64,000 nt of DNA from Candidatus Dormibacter sp. (GTDB lineage Bacteria > Chloroflexota > Dormibacteria > Aeolococcales > Aeolococcaceae). Location: NCBI GenBank assembly GCA_039935655.1, contig JBDTJX010000008.1:74174-138173 (forward strand). Reading direction: 5' to 3'. The notes below the pieces were generated by a model. That model did no database searches, had not been told where the DNA came from, and was given only the letters and a program-made list of their open reading frames with translations. A program made the position numbers and the translations under genes. Every line of letters starts with the position of its first letter. Positions within the stretch are counted from its first letter, which is position 1. This document shows positions 1 to 12,598 of the stretch, one piece after another.

Positions 1-3460
<3,460 letters not shown>

Positions 3461-3522
3461 GTTGGTGTGCTTCCTCTGTCGCTATGCGGCCGGCGCCGCG
3501 GGCGGATGGAGCGGGAGGCGCA

Positions 3523-4047
3523 TCAGACGAGCGCCGTGCGGAGCTGCGCAAGCCGGGTGCGCAGGCTGGTGTCGATCACCCGGTCTCCGACGCGAACGAC
3601 AAGGCCGCCCAGGATGGTGGGATCGTGGTGAACCTCTGTCTGCACGGCGGCACCGAGCCGCTCGCTGAGTGTGCGACCGATGCGGGTCTTGAGGTCGTCG
3701 TCGACGGGGATGGCGGTGGTCACATCGGCGCGAACCACTCCACTCTCGCGGTCGGCGAGGCTGTCGTAGGCCTCGACCAGATCGTTGAGCACGGGGAGGC
3801 GACCGCGCTCGATGAGCAAGCGGACCAGGTTGCGTGCCGGGTCACCGACGCCCGAGAGCATCTCGAGCGCGAGGCGGGTGCGTTCGGTTCGGGTGAGCCG
3901 GGGGTTGGTCAGCGCTGCCGCAACCTCTCGGTTCGACAGCGTCTCCACCGCGCGCACCAGGTCCTCGCGCCACTGCGTGATCTTGCCCTCCTGACGGGCC
4001 AGGTCAAAGTAAGCCTGCGCGTAGCGGCGGCCGATCGACGAGGCCAC
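3523..4047 (-). CDS. atpH: ATP synthase delta subunit
   Basis: RRYAQAYF N-terminus, DPTILGGLVVRVGDRVIDTS; operon position. Confidence 0.93.
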   Translation of the reverse strand: MASSIGRRYAQAYFDLARQEGKITQWREDLVRAVETLSNREVAAALTNPRLTRTERTRLALEMLSGVGDPARNLVRLLIERGRLPVLNDLVEAYDSLADRESGVVRADVTTAIPVDDDLKTRIGRTLSERLGAAVQTEVHHDPTILGGLVVRVGDRVIDTSLRTRLAQLRTALV

Positions 4048-4575
4048 TCAGTGGGCCCCCCGACCATTGCCGGAGTCGACCTCGGCCAGCGAGTCGTCAA
4101 TCAGCCGCGCGTGCGTCTTGCGGTCGATGGCCTGACCGAGCACCTTGCTCGCCGCCAGGACCACGAGTGTGCCGACTTCGGCGCGAATGTCCTGGATGGC
4201 CTTGTCCCGCTCGGCTGCGATCTCAGAGCGAGCGCGCTGGATCAGCGCCTCGGCCTCGCGCCGGCCCTTGCGGACCAATTCCTCCGTCTCCGCGACGGCG
4301 GCCTTGTGAGCCTGCGCAATGATCTCGCGGGCGCGCAGCCGTGCTTCCTCGAGCTGTCCGGCGATGTCTTCCCGTGCAGCCACCGCCTCCTGCCGGCTGC
4401 GCTCGGCCTCCTCCAGGGCCTGCACGATGCGGTTCTGTCGCGCCTCCGCCGCGGCCATGATCCTGGGGTAAGCCCAGCGCCGCAGTACCAGCAGCAGCGC
4501 AACGAAGGCGATCAGCTCCACCACGAAGGTGACGTTGATCTCCAGCAGGCTGGCGTCCGCGACCATGGCTTTCAT
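4048..4575 (-). CDS. atpF: Fo subunit b
   Basis: N-terminal TM helix plus long A/E/R coiled coil; between atpE and atpH; start uncertain (4566-4578). Confidence 0.92.
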   Translation of the reverse strand: MKAMVADASLLEINVTFVVELIAFVALLLVLRRWAYPRIMAAAEARQNRIVQALEEAERSRQEAVAAREDIAGQLEEARLRAREIIAQAHKAAVAETEELVRKGRREAEALIQRARSEIAAERDKAIQDIRAEVGTLVVLAASKVLGQAIDRKTHARLIDDSLAEVDSGNGRGAH

Positions 4576-4580
4576 CAAGG

Positions 4581-4832
4581 TCAGCCCGGGATGTTGGCGT
4601 CGCCGATGAGGATGAAGACAAAGACCACGTTGATGAAGTACATGGCTTCGACGAGGCCGATGATCAGGAACATGGTGACGCGCAGCGCGCCGGCTGCCTC
4701 GGGCTGGCGTGCCTGCCCCTGAATGGCCGCGTTGCCGGCCAGGCCGTCTCCGATGGCAGCACCGATGGCGCCGCCGCCGAGGGCGATGCCGGCGCCGATC
4801 AGCGCCCCTGCCAGGGCGATTGCGTGGTTCAT
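4581..4832 (-). CDS. atpE: Fo subunit c
   Basis: Gly-rich helix, ARQPE loop, [10 protein letters not shown] with proton-binding Glu. Confidence 0.96.
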   Translation of the reverse strand: MNHAIALAGALIGAGIALGGGAIGAAIGDGLAGNAAIQGQARQPEAAGALRVTMFLIIGLVEAMYFINVVFVFILIGDANIPG

Positions 4833-4848
4833 GGTGCCTCCCTAGTTC

Positions 4849-5658
4849 CTATGCGGCAGCCGCGGCCTGAGCGCCGTGGTGCCCCTCTTCTTCCAGTCCT
4901 TCGCGGGCCATCTCGAAATAGATGACGGTGAGCAGCATGAAGATGAAAGCCTGGATGGCGCCGATGAAAAGGACGTCGAACACCTTCCACACCGCCACCG
5001 GCAACCAGGCAAGAAAGACCGGCAGCTGACTGAGCAGCTCCACCATCACCAGGCCTGCAAAGATGTTGCCGAACAGCCGCAGCGAGAGGGTGATCGGCTT
5101 GACGATCTCTTCGATGAGGTTGAGTGGGATGAACACAATCCGGAACGCCCAGTTGAACTCAAAGGGCTTGGTGAACCGGCGGAAGTATCCGCGAACGCCC
5201 AAGACCCTGAAGCTGTACACCTGCACGACCAGGACGACCACGACCGCCATTGCCAGCGTCTGGTTGATGTCCGCCGCGGCGGGCTGAAGAGGACGGGCCA
5301 GCGGGAGGAATGCGATCCAGTTGGCGACAAGGATGTACAGGCCGATGGTGGCAGCGATGGGGATGATGAAGTCCGAACTCTCACCCACGGAGTCGTGGAC
5401 CAAGCCCTTGACGTAGTCGAGAAACAGCTCGAGAACCATCTGCATCTTGCCGGGACGGTCCGAGCGCAGGTGGCGCGCAACCGCGAAGACGATGATGAGC
5501 GTGACGGCGATGGCCAGGGCGCTGCTGATCAGCGTGTCCTGGTTGAGATCGCACGCCGAGATGGGGACCGGGTTGGTGAGCAGCGGCGGGGAATTGCAGA
5601 TGGCGGTCGTCGGCTGCGTGACGTTCGGTCCCGAGGCGGCGAGCATGGTGAAATTCAT
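4849..5658 (-). CDS. atpB: Fo subunit a
   Basis: KPITLSLRLFGNIFAG (essential Arg), IQAFIFMLLTVIY. Confidence 0.96.
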   Translation of the reverse strand: MNFTMLAASGPNVTQPTTAICNSPPLLTNPVPISACDLNQDTLISSALAIAVTLIIVFAVARHLRSDRPGKMQMVLELFLDYVKGLVHDSVGESSDFIIPIAATIGLYILVANWIAFLPLARPLQPAAADINQTLAMAVVVVLVVQVYSFRVLGVRGYFRRFTKPFEFNWAFRIVFIPLNLIEEIVKPITLSLRLFGNIFAGLVMVELLSQLPVFLAWLPVAVWKVFDVLFIGAIQAFIFMLLTVIYFEMAREGLEEEGHHGAQAAAAA

Positions 5659-6017
5659 CGACGCACCGACTCGACGACGGCGCTCCCGGCCAGGATGAGC
5701 TGGGCTGCTGCCAGTCCGGCAACCACGGGTATGGCGGAACGGAAGCCGAAGACGAGCCCGGAGAGGAGGGCGACGAGGGTCAGCGCAAGGATCCTCATCA
5801 TGCTGGTGGCGATGAAGGGCACACCGACCATGAAGAGGCGATCAGCGGCGTAGCCGTTGCCCGCACCCACGACGAGCCCGACCGCGAGCCCGAGTCCGAA
5901 CGTCGGGTGGCCGACGATAAGGCCGACCAACGCGCATCCGACGGCGACCGCCACGCACGCAACCGCAGCGGACCGGACGACGTGCGCGGGCCGCGCGGAA
6001 ACGCTTTTTGAGATCAC
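5655..6017 (-). CDS. atpI: ATP synthase protein I-like membrane protein
   Basis: 120 aa, about 4 TM helices, 4-nt overlap with atpB. Confidence 0.7.
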   Translation of the reverse strand: MISKSVSARPAHVVRSAAVACVAVAVGCALVGLIVGHPTFGLGLAVGLVVGAGNGYAADRLFMVGVPFIATSMMRILALTLVALLSGLVFGFRSAIPVVAGLAAAQLILAGSAVVESVRR

Positions 6018-6241
6018 CAGTACCGCCTCAGCTTCACGTACAAGATCAAGCCGGCTGCAACGATACCAATCAGGAGCCCCGCCACGATCCCGGCTGTCGG
6101 AACGCCGGCGAGGCCGCCCAACTGCCAGCCCAACAGCAACGGAATGGTCACTGCAAGAGCCAAGAACAAACCCAGGCCGAGCAACTCCCCATTGCTGACT
6201 CCGGCGCCCGGTTGACGCGGATCATGCGTCGGCGTGGACAC
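6014..6241 (-). CDS. AtpZ/AtpI-family small membrane protein
   Basis: 75 aa, 2 TM helices, first gene of the atp operon, 4-nt overlap with next gene. Confidence 0.7.
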   Translation of the reverse strand: MSTPTHDPRQPGAGVSNGELLGLGLFLALAVTIPLLLGWQLGGLAGVPTAGIVAGLLIGIVAAGLILYVKLRRYW

Positions 6242-6247
6242 CGCGAG

Positions 6248-7402
6248 TCAGTCGGCCTCCCCGCCGCGTCGGTGAATCCGCGCCGGAACGCTGCGCCGTC
6301 CGCTGATCATCAGTGAACCATCTGCATCGAATGGAGGGTCCGGCGGCGTAACGAGCTGCTGAGTCCGGCGTCGACTGCGCCACACCAGTCCGACCAGGGC
6401 CACCACCAACAGCGCCAGGGCCACGTCGAGGATGCGCCGGTGACCGAAGATGAAAAGGGCGATGCACCCGAGGATCGCGGTCATCAGGTAGAAGGTGAGC
6501 GCGGTCTCCAACGGGCTCATCCCCGTGGCCAACATCCGGTGGTGGAGGTGCCCGGCGTCAGGCTCGGTTGGGCTCCGCCCGGCCCGGCGGCGCCGAACGA
6601 TCGCGAAGGCGGTGTCGCCGATGGGCAGGCCGAGCGCGATCAGGGGGATGAAGAGTGCCAGTCCCACGGCGATCTTGGCCACGCCGAGGATGCTGATGAC
6701 GGCGAGCGCGACGCCGAGGAAGTGGCTGCCGGTGTCGCCCATGAAGACCCGGGCCGGGGGCAGGTTGAACACAAGGAAGCCTGCACAGCAGCCCATCAGC
6801 GCGCCACTCATCACGATGACCCCGTGCTGGACGTCACCGAGACCCTGGATGCGGTTGACGGCGGCGAGCAGGAGCACCGTGGCGACGATGCCGACCACCC
6901 CGGCCGCCACCCCGTCCGATCCGTCGAGGAAGTTGATCGACACCTGCATGCCGAGCACGAAGACGACGGTAATCGGCGCGATCAGCAGCCCGAGGCCGAA
7001 GGGCGACGGACCGTGGGAACCGGGGACGGTCAGGTAGTTGATGGTGATTCCCAGGAGCACCGCGAAAACACCCGCGCCCACCTCGATGGCGAGCTTGGCG
7101 TTCCATGGAAGGTCGAAGATGTCATCGACCAGCATTGCCACGGTGATCGCGGCGGTCACGGCCACCACCTGCCAGCGATTGGGAACCGTGCCCCCGAAGG
7201 CGATCAGCGCGACCGTGAAACCGGCGAACAGCGCCAGTCCGCCGAGCCGCGGGGTGGGAGACGGATGGAGGTGGCGGTCGGCGTCAGGTTCGGCCATCGC
7301 GCCAAGGCGGCGCGCCATCAGCATCGTCAGCGGCACGGCGGCGATGGTGACGATGCTGGCCAGCAGGAACGGCGGAATGGCCGGCAGCCACCCGTTGCTC
7401 AC
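6248..7402 (-). CDS. MraY/WecA/TagO-family polyprenyl-phosphate GlcNAc-1-P transferase
   Basis: PTPRLGG, LVDD, NFLDGSDG, FMGDTGS, DAGHLHH; probable GTG start overlapping glyA TGA. Confidence 0.9.
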   Translation of the reverse strand: MSNGWLPAIPPFLLASIVTIAAVPLTMLMARRLGAMAEPDADRHLHPSPTPRLGGLALFAGFTVALIAFGGTVPNRWQVVAVTAAITVAMLVDDIFDLPWNAKLAIEVGAGVFAVLLGITINYLTVPGSHGPSPFGLGLLIAPITVVFVLGMQVSINFLDGSDGVAAGVVGIVATVLLLAAVNRIQGLGDVQHGVIVMSGALMGCCAGFLVFNLPPARVFMGDTGSHFLGVALAVISILGVAKIAVGLALFIPLIALGLPIGDTAFAIVRRRRAGRSPTEPDAGHLHHRMLATGMSPLETALTFYLMTAILGCIALFIFGHRRILDVALALLVVALVGLVWRSRRRTQQLVTPPDPPFDADGSLMISGRRSVPARIHRRGGEAD

Positions 7403-8685
7403 GAGCGATAGGACAGGGGGAACCGCCTGCACAGCGCGAGGCTGCGTTCGCGGACCTGGGCGTGCACCCTGGGATCCTCGAAGCCGTGAAGCATCAGCGA
7501 GATGAAGTCGGCGATCTCGTCCATCTCCGCCTCACCCATGCCGCGCGACGTCACCGACGGTGAGCCCAGGCGGATGCCGTTGGGGTTGTACGGCGTGCCG
7601 CCGTGGCCGGGAAAGACGTTGGCGTTGACGGTGATGCCGATCTCGTCGAAGGCGTTCTGGGCGGCGCGCCCTCGCACTCCGTGGGGCCGCAGGTCGATGA
7701 CCATGAGGTGGTTGTCGGTTCCCCCCGTGGTGAGGACCACCCCGCGCGTGGTCAGTCCGTGCGCCAGTGCCGCCGCGTTGCTGACCACGCGCTTGGCGTA
7801 GTCGCGGAAGTCCGGTTGCATGCACTGCAGGAACATCACCGCCTTGGCGGCGATGGCGTGCATCTGCGGACCGCCCTGGGTCCCCGGGAACACCGACTTG
7901 TCGATGGCGTCCGCGTGCTCCGACCGGCAGAGGATGACACCACCCCACGGTCCGCGCATAGTCTTGTGCGTCGTGAAGGTGACGTAGTCGGCGTACGGCA
8001 CTGGCGAGGGGTGCGCACCGCCGGCGACCAGCCCGGCGAAATGCGCCATGTCGACCATGAGCGGCGCGCCGACGTCCCGGGCAATGTCCTCGAAGGCCGC
8101 GAAGTCAAGCAAGCGCGGGTACGAGCTGTAGCCCGCCACAATGAGCGCGGGTGCCACCGCGTGCGCACGGGCGCGAACCTCGTCGTAATCGATGCGGCCG
8201 CTGGCCTCGCTCACCGTGTACGCCTCGAAGTTGTAGAGCTTCCCGCTGAAGTTCACGGGCGACCCATGGGTCAGGTGGCCTCCCTCGTCGAGCGCCATGC
8301 CGAGCACGGTGTCGCCCGGCCGCAGGACGCTGGCGTACACAGCCGTGTTGGCCTGCGATCCCGAATGCGGTTGGACGTTGGCGTGATCGGCGCCGAACAG
8401 CTGCCTGCACCGGTCGCGGGCGAGGTTCTCGACCTGGTCGACAACCTGGCAGCCGCCGTAGTAGCGCTTGCCCGGCACGCCCTCTGCGTACTTGTTGTTG
8501 AGCCACGAACCCAGCGCCTCGAGGACGGCGACCGAAGCGAGGTTCTCCGAGGGGATCAGCTCGAGCGTTTCCTCCTGCCTGGTCAGCTCGGCGTCCAGCA
8601 GCGCCGCCACCTCAGGGTCGGTGGCGCGGAGCGCGGGCTTCGCGGTGAATCCGACATGGGCGCCGGTTTCCTGCTGCACTGCCAT
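7399..8685 (-). CDS. glyA: Serine hydroxymethyltransferase
   Basis: LIPSEN, NKYAEG, GGHLTHG, TTHKT (PLP Lys). Confidence 0.97.
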   Translation of the reverse strand: MAVQQETGAHVGFTAKPALRATDPEVAALLDAELTRQEETLELIPSENLASVAVLEALGSWLNNKYAEGVPGKRYYGGCQVVDQVENLARDRCRQLFGADHANVQPHSGSQANTAVYASVLRPGDTVLGMALDEGGHLTHGSPVNFSGKLYNFEAYTVSEASGRIDYDEVRARAHAVAPALIVAGYSSYPRLLDFAAFEDIARDVGAPLMVDMAHFAGLVAGGAHPSPVPYADYVTFTTHKTMRGPWGGVILCRSEHADAIDKSVFPGTQGGPQMHAIAAKAVMFLQCMQPDFRDYAKRVVSNAAALAHGLTTRGVVLTTGGTDNHLMVIDLRPHGVRGRAAQNAFDEIGITVNANVFPGHGGTPYNPNGIRLGSPSVTSRGMGEAEMDEIADFISLMLHGFEDPRVHAQVRERSLALCRRFPLSYRS

Positions 8686-8729
8686 GCTGTCGTCGTCCTC
8701 CTCGGGGCGGGAAGGCGATGGCCCCACCG

Positions 8730-9335
8730 TCAGCCCTGCACGAACTCCGAGAGACTGCGGCGGTCGATTGGCCCCTCGCGCAGGACACGCGGCGGCGTCA
8801 CGCTGCAGTCGATGATAGTGGAGGCCTGACCGGCGGGGCTGCCGCCGCCCACGATCACGCTGACCTGGTCACCGAACTGGCTGCGGACCGCGGCTGCCAA
8901 GACAGCCGGCGGTTGGCCATGGCGGTTGGCGCTGGTGCTGGCCAGCGGGCCGGTCTGCTCGAGGAGCGCCAGCAGCAGCCCGTGGGCGGGCACCCGCACG
9001 GACAGCGTCGCGCCGCTCCGGGGCACCGCCAACCGCGACTCCCCCACCGGCAGAACCAGCGAGAGCGGCCCCGGCCAATACGTGCCGGCCAGCCGGGCGG
9101 CCACCGGCGTCCAGGCCACGACGCCCTCGAGCTGACCGATGTCATGGGCGAGCAGCGTCAGCTCGAGGTCGGCGGGTCGGCGCTTGAGGGTGTAGATGCG
9201 GTCAACGGCCGCCGCATCGCGTGGGTCGCAGGCGAGGCCGTAGACGGTGTCGGTCGCCACGGCGATCACCTCACCGCGGTGCAGCGCGGCGAGGGCATCG
9301 GCGAGGTCAGCGCCCGGCCGGCCCTGCGTCGTCAC
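8730..9335 (-). CDS. tsaC: L-threonylcarbamoyladenylate synthase (YrdC domain only)
   Basis: TDTVYGL, KRR, WPGPLS, STSAN; GTG start overlapping prmC stop. Confidence 0.9.
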   Translation of the reverse strand: MTTQGRPGADLADALAALHRGEVIAVATDTVYGLACDPRDAAAVDRIYTLKRRPADLELTLLAHDIGQLEGVVAWTPVAARLAGTYWPGPLSLVLPVGESRLAVPRSGATLSVRVPAHGLLLALLEQTGPLASTSANRHGQPPAVLAAAVRSQFGDQVSVIVGGGSPAGQASTIIDCSVTPPRVLREGPIDRRSLSEFVQG

Positions 9336-10204
9336 TGGGCGGCGCGGGTCAGCGACACCACCCGCGGACGGTCGGTGAGGTCGGGATGGGTCTGGGTCAC
9401 GGCCTGTTGGCCAAACGCCTCGAGCGCAAGGGCGGCGACCGGCGCGGCCGCCCTGGTGTCGATCTCCAGCGCCGACCATCCGCCAGTGGCGAGGACTGAC
9501 GCGATCGACGGCAGCAGCTCCCGGTACGGGTCGAGGCCATCAGCCCCGCCGTCCAGCGCCAGCGCGGGCTCGTGGTCACGCACGTCGCGGGCCAGGGCCG
9601 CCAGCTCGTGGGTGGGGATGTACGGTGGGTTGGCGACGACGATGTCAAAGGTGCGCCCCGCCAATGGAGCGCACCACGAGCCGAGCACCAGGTCGACCCG
9701 ATCCCCGACGTCGTGGCGTGCTGTGTTGAGGCGCGCGATGGCGAGCGCCGCCTCGCTCACGTCGGTGGCGGTGACCTGGGCACCGGGCAGCTCGGCCGCC
9801 AGCGTGACCGCGATGCAGCCGCTGCCGGTGCCCAGGTCAGCGATGCGCACGCCCTCGCCGCCGGGGGCACGCCTCTGGGCCTCGGCGATGGCCAGGCCGA
9901 CCAGCGTCTCGGTGTCGGGGCGCGGGATGAGCACGTCGGGCGACACCCGGAAGCCGCGCCCGTGGAACTCGCGCTCGCCGGTGATGTGGGCCACCGGCTC
10001 GCCGTCGCCGCGGCGACGCACCAGTTCGCGGATGGCGGCGAGCTGTTCCTCCTCGAGCGGCCGGTCGAACTGCAGGAAGACGTCGAGACGGCGGACGTTG
10101 AGCGCTTGCGCGGCGAGCAGCTCGGCATCGAGGCGCGGCGAGCTGCTGCCGCGGCTGTCGAGGTACCCGGTGCTGAGACGCACCACCTCCATCAGGGTGC
10201 GCAC
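9332..10204 (-). CDS. prmC: Release factor glutamine methyltransferase
   Basis: VLIPRPDTE, DLGTGSG, NPPY; follows prfA. Confidence 0.95.
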   Translation of the reverse strand: MRTLMEVVRLSTGYLDSRGSSSPRLDAELLAAQALNVRRLDVFLQFDRPLEEEQLAAIRELVRRRGDGEPVAHITGEREFHGRGFRVSPDVLIPRPDTETLVGLAIAEAQRRAPGGEGVRIADLGTGSGCIAVTLAAELPGAQVTATDVSEAALAIARLNTARHDVGDRVDLVLGSWCAPLAGRTFDIVVANPPYIPTHELAALARDVRDHEPALALDGGADGLDPYRELLPSIASVLATGGWSALEIDTRAAAPVAALALEAFGQQAVTQTHPDLTDRPRVVSLTRAAQ

Positions 10205-10210
10205 GTACGG

Positions 10211-11296
10211 TCAGACGCCCCCGTCGTCGTCGAGGAGGCGATGCGCCTGGTCCTCCTGGGAGAGCGGCTCGATGAGCACTTCGAGCTCGCCGTCGAGCAC
10301 CTTGTTGAGCTGGAAGACATCGAGGTGAATGCGGTGGTCGGTGATGCGCGACTGCGGGTAGTTGTAGGTGCGGATCTTCTCGCTCCGGTCACCGCTGCCC
10401 ACCGCCAGCCGGCGTGTCGCCTTGAGCTCGGCATCGCGCTCGGCCTGGGCCAGGTCGTAGAGCCGCGCCCGCAGCACCCGCAACGCCTTGGCACGGTTCT
10501 TGATCTGCGACTTCTCGTCCTGGCACGTCACCACCAGCCCGGTGGGGAGATGGGTGATGCGCACTGCGGAGTCGGTGGTGTTGACGCTCTGCCCGCCCGG
10601 CCCGGTGCTGCGATAGACGTCGATCTTCAACTCGTTGTCAGCGATGTTCACCTCCAGCTCGTCGGCTTCGGGCAGCACCACGACCGAAGCCGCCGAGGTG
10701 TGGATGCGCCCCTGGGACTCGGTCTGCGGGACGCGCTGCACGCGATGCACGCCCGACTCGAACTTCAACTTGGAGTAGGCGCCATGGCCGTGCACCTCGA
10801 AGACCACCTCCTTGAACCCGTGCGTGCCCGACTCGCTGACGTCGAGCACCTCGACGCGCCACCGCTGCCGCTCCGCATAGCGGCCGTACATCCGAAAGAG
10901 GTCCCCGGCGAAGATCGCCGCCTCGTCACCACCGGTGCCTGCCCGGATCTCGACGACCACGTCACGCTCGTCGTTGGGATCGGTGGGCACGAGCAGCGCG
11001 CGCAACCGCTGCTGGGCATGCTCCTCGGCCTCCCGCTGCGCTGTCTCCTCCTCTGCCGCCATGGCCACGATCTCCTGGTCGGCCTCGTTGCGTTGCAACT
11101 CCTCAGCCTCGCGGACGGCCTGGTGGGCGGCGCGCCAGGAGCGGCCCGTCTCCACCACCTCGCGAAGCCGTGCCTGCTCCTGCGAGAGCCGTTGCACACG
11201 GTCGATGTCGCTGTACACGTCCGGTTGCGCGAGCTGCACCCCGATCTCATCGAAGCGCTCCTCGAGCGCGCGCAGACGATCGTCGATAGCGGCCAT
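10211..11296 (-). CDS. prfA: Peptide chain release factor 1
   Basis: PQT (PxT) motif, [15 protein letters not shown]. Confidence 0.97.
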   Translation of the reverse strand: MAAIDDRLRALEERFDEIGVQLAQPDVYSDIDRVQRLSQEQARLREVVETGRSWRAAHQAVREAEELQRNEADQEIVAMAAEEETAQREAEEHAQQRLRALLVPTDPNDERDVVVEIRAGTGGDEAAIFAGDLFRMYGRYAERQRWRVEVLDVSESGTHGFKEVVFEVHGHGAYSKLKFESGVHRVQRVPQTESQGRIHTSAASVVVLPEADELEVNIADNELKIDVYRSTGPGGQSVNTTDSAVRITHLPTGLVVTCQDEKSQIKNRAKALRVLRARLYDLAQAERDAELKATRRLAVGSGDRSEKIRTYNYPQSRITDHRIHLDVFQLNKVLDGELEVLIEPLSQEDQAHRLLDDDGGV

Positions 11297-11308
11297 GGCC
11301 TCGAAAGG

Positions 11309-12277
11309 TTAGCCCTGCGCCGTGACTGTGGCGTCGTGGACCTCGGCGACGGCGCCGTCGCCGGCGCGGGCCGCGTCAAGCGCACAGATGGCCACCTCCA
11401 TCTGGCGGTCGTTGGGCTCGCGGGTGGACAGCCGCTGGGTGGCCAACACCGGGACCAGCGCGACGCGACCGAAGGTGGTGTGTCGCACCCGGGCCAGGCC
11501 GCGGATCGCCTCATAGGAGATCGCCGCCACCACCGGCACCAGCAGGACCTGCAGACCCAGCCGCACCGGGATGGGCAGGACGCCGAGCGGCGTGAACACG
11601 ATCACGCTGACAAGCGCAACAACCACGAGGAAGCCGGTGCCGCAGCGCGGATGAAGCCGGCTGCTGACGCGCACGTGCTCGACGTCCACCACCGCCCCCG
11701 ATTCGAGGCAGTTGATCGCCTTGTGCTCGGCGCCGTGGTACTCGAAGAGCCGGCGCACGCTGCGCAGCTGCCCGATCGCCACCAGGTAGGCGAGCAGGAT
11801 GACGGCGCGAATCGCACCCTCGATGAGCACCCCGACCACGCTGCGCTGCGTGCCGCGGTGCAGCACGCTGGCCAGGAGCAACGGAAGCCCGATGAAGAGG
11901 CCGATGGCGAAGAGCGCCGAGACCGCGATGGTCGCGCGCAATGTCCCGGCGGTCAGCTGCGCCTCTTCGCCGAGCTGGACGTTCGCAGACCACTGCAGCG
12001 CCCGCATGCCGAGGCCGAGCATCTCGTAGAGCCCGGCCACGCCGCGAAGGAACGGCTTGGCCCACATCGGGTGGGTGTAGACACGGGAGGTGAGCATCTC
12101 CGACCGAACCGTGATGCTGCCGTCGGGCCGCCGTGCGGCCACCGCGTAGTGGTGGCGGCCGCGCATCAGAACACCCTCGATCACCGCCTGGCCGCCGTAG
12201 AAGAACATCTGCGGCGGCGCCGTGGCCGCGTTGAGAGCGGCGGTGAGCAGGATGTCGCGCAGGCGGGGGCGTCGCAT
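11309..12277 (-). CDS. DUF1385 membrane protein
   Basis: YGGQAVIEGV, YHGAEHK, HPRCGT; usual position between rpmE and prfA. Confidence 0.85.
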   Translation of the reverse strand: MRRPRLRDILLTAALNAATAPPQMFFYGGQAVIEGVLMRGRHHYAVAARRPDGSITVRSEMLTSRVYTHPMWAKPFLRGVAGLYEMLGLGMRALQWSANVQLGEEAQLTAGTLRATIAVSALFAIGLFIGLPLLLASVLHRGTQRSVVGVLIEGAIRAVILLAYLVAIGQLRSVRRLFEYHGAEHKAINCLESGAVVDVEHVRVSSRLHPRCGTGFLVVVALVSVIVFTPLGVLPIPVRLGLQVLLVPVVAAISYEAIRGLARVRHTTFGRVALVPVLATQRLSTREPNDRQMEVAICALDAARAGDGAVAEVHDATVTAQG

Positions 12278-12307
12278 GACGCCCACTCTACGCGCGCTTT
12301 GGCGTGA

Positions 12308-12529
12308 TCAGGCCTGCTTGCTGCCGGATTGTGCCGCCGCGCGACGGCGGAAGCGCTCCACCTGGCCACCGGTGTCGATGATCCGCTGGGTGCCGGTGAA
12401 GAACGGATGGCACACCGAGCAGACCTCGGTCTTCAACTCGGGGAGCGTGGACCCTGTGGTGAAGGTGTTGCCGCAGAGGCAGGTCACCACGGCGTCGGTG
12501 TGGTACTTGGGATGGATCTCGGTCTTCAT
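12308..12529 (-). CDS. rpmE: 50S ribosomal protein L31 (Zn-binding type)
   Basis: MKTEIHPKY, CxC...CxxC, HPFFTG. Confidence 0.96.
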   Translation of the reverse strand: MKTEIHPKYHTDAVVTCLCGNTFTTGSTLPELKTEVCSVCHPFFTGTQRIIDTGGQVERFRRRAAAQSGSKQA

Positions 12530-12598
12530 GGCACTCGGAAATACACGGTTGCGAACGCCAACGAGCATACCACGCCCCCAGTTCCCCCACACCCGGGC

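Noticed and set aside
9572-12307. Very long plus-strand ORFs (911 aa here; also 41638-44301, 42455-44962, 45707-48370, 23742-25703)
   Set aside because: Antisense shadows of well-supported minus-strand genes in high-GC DNA; no recognisable motifs
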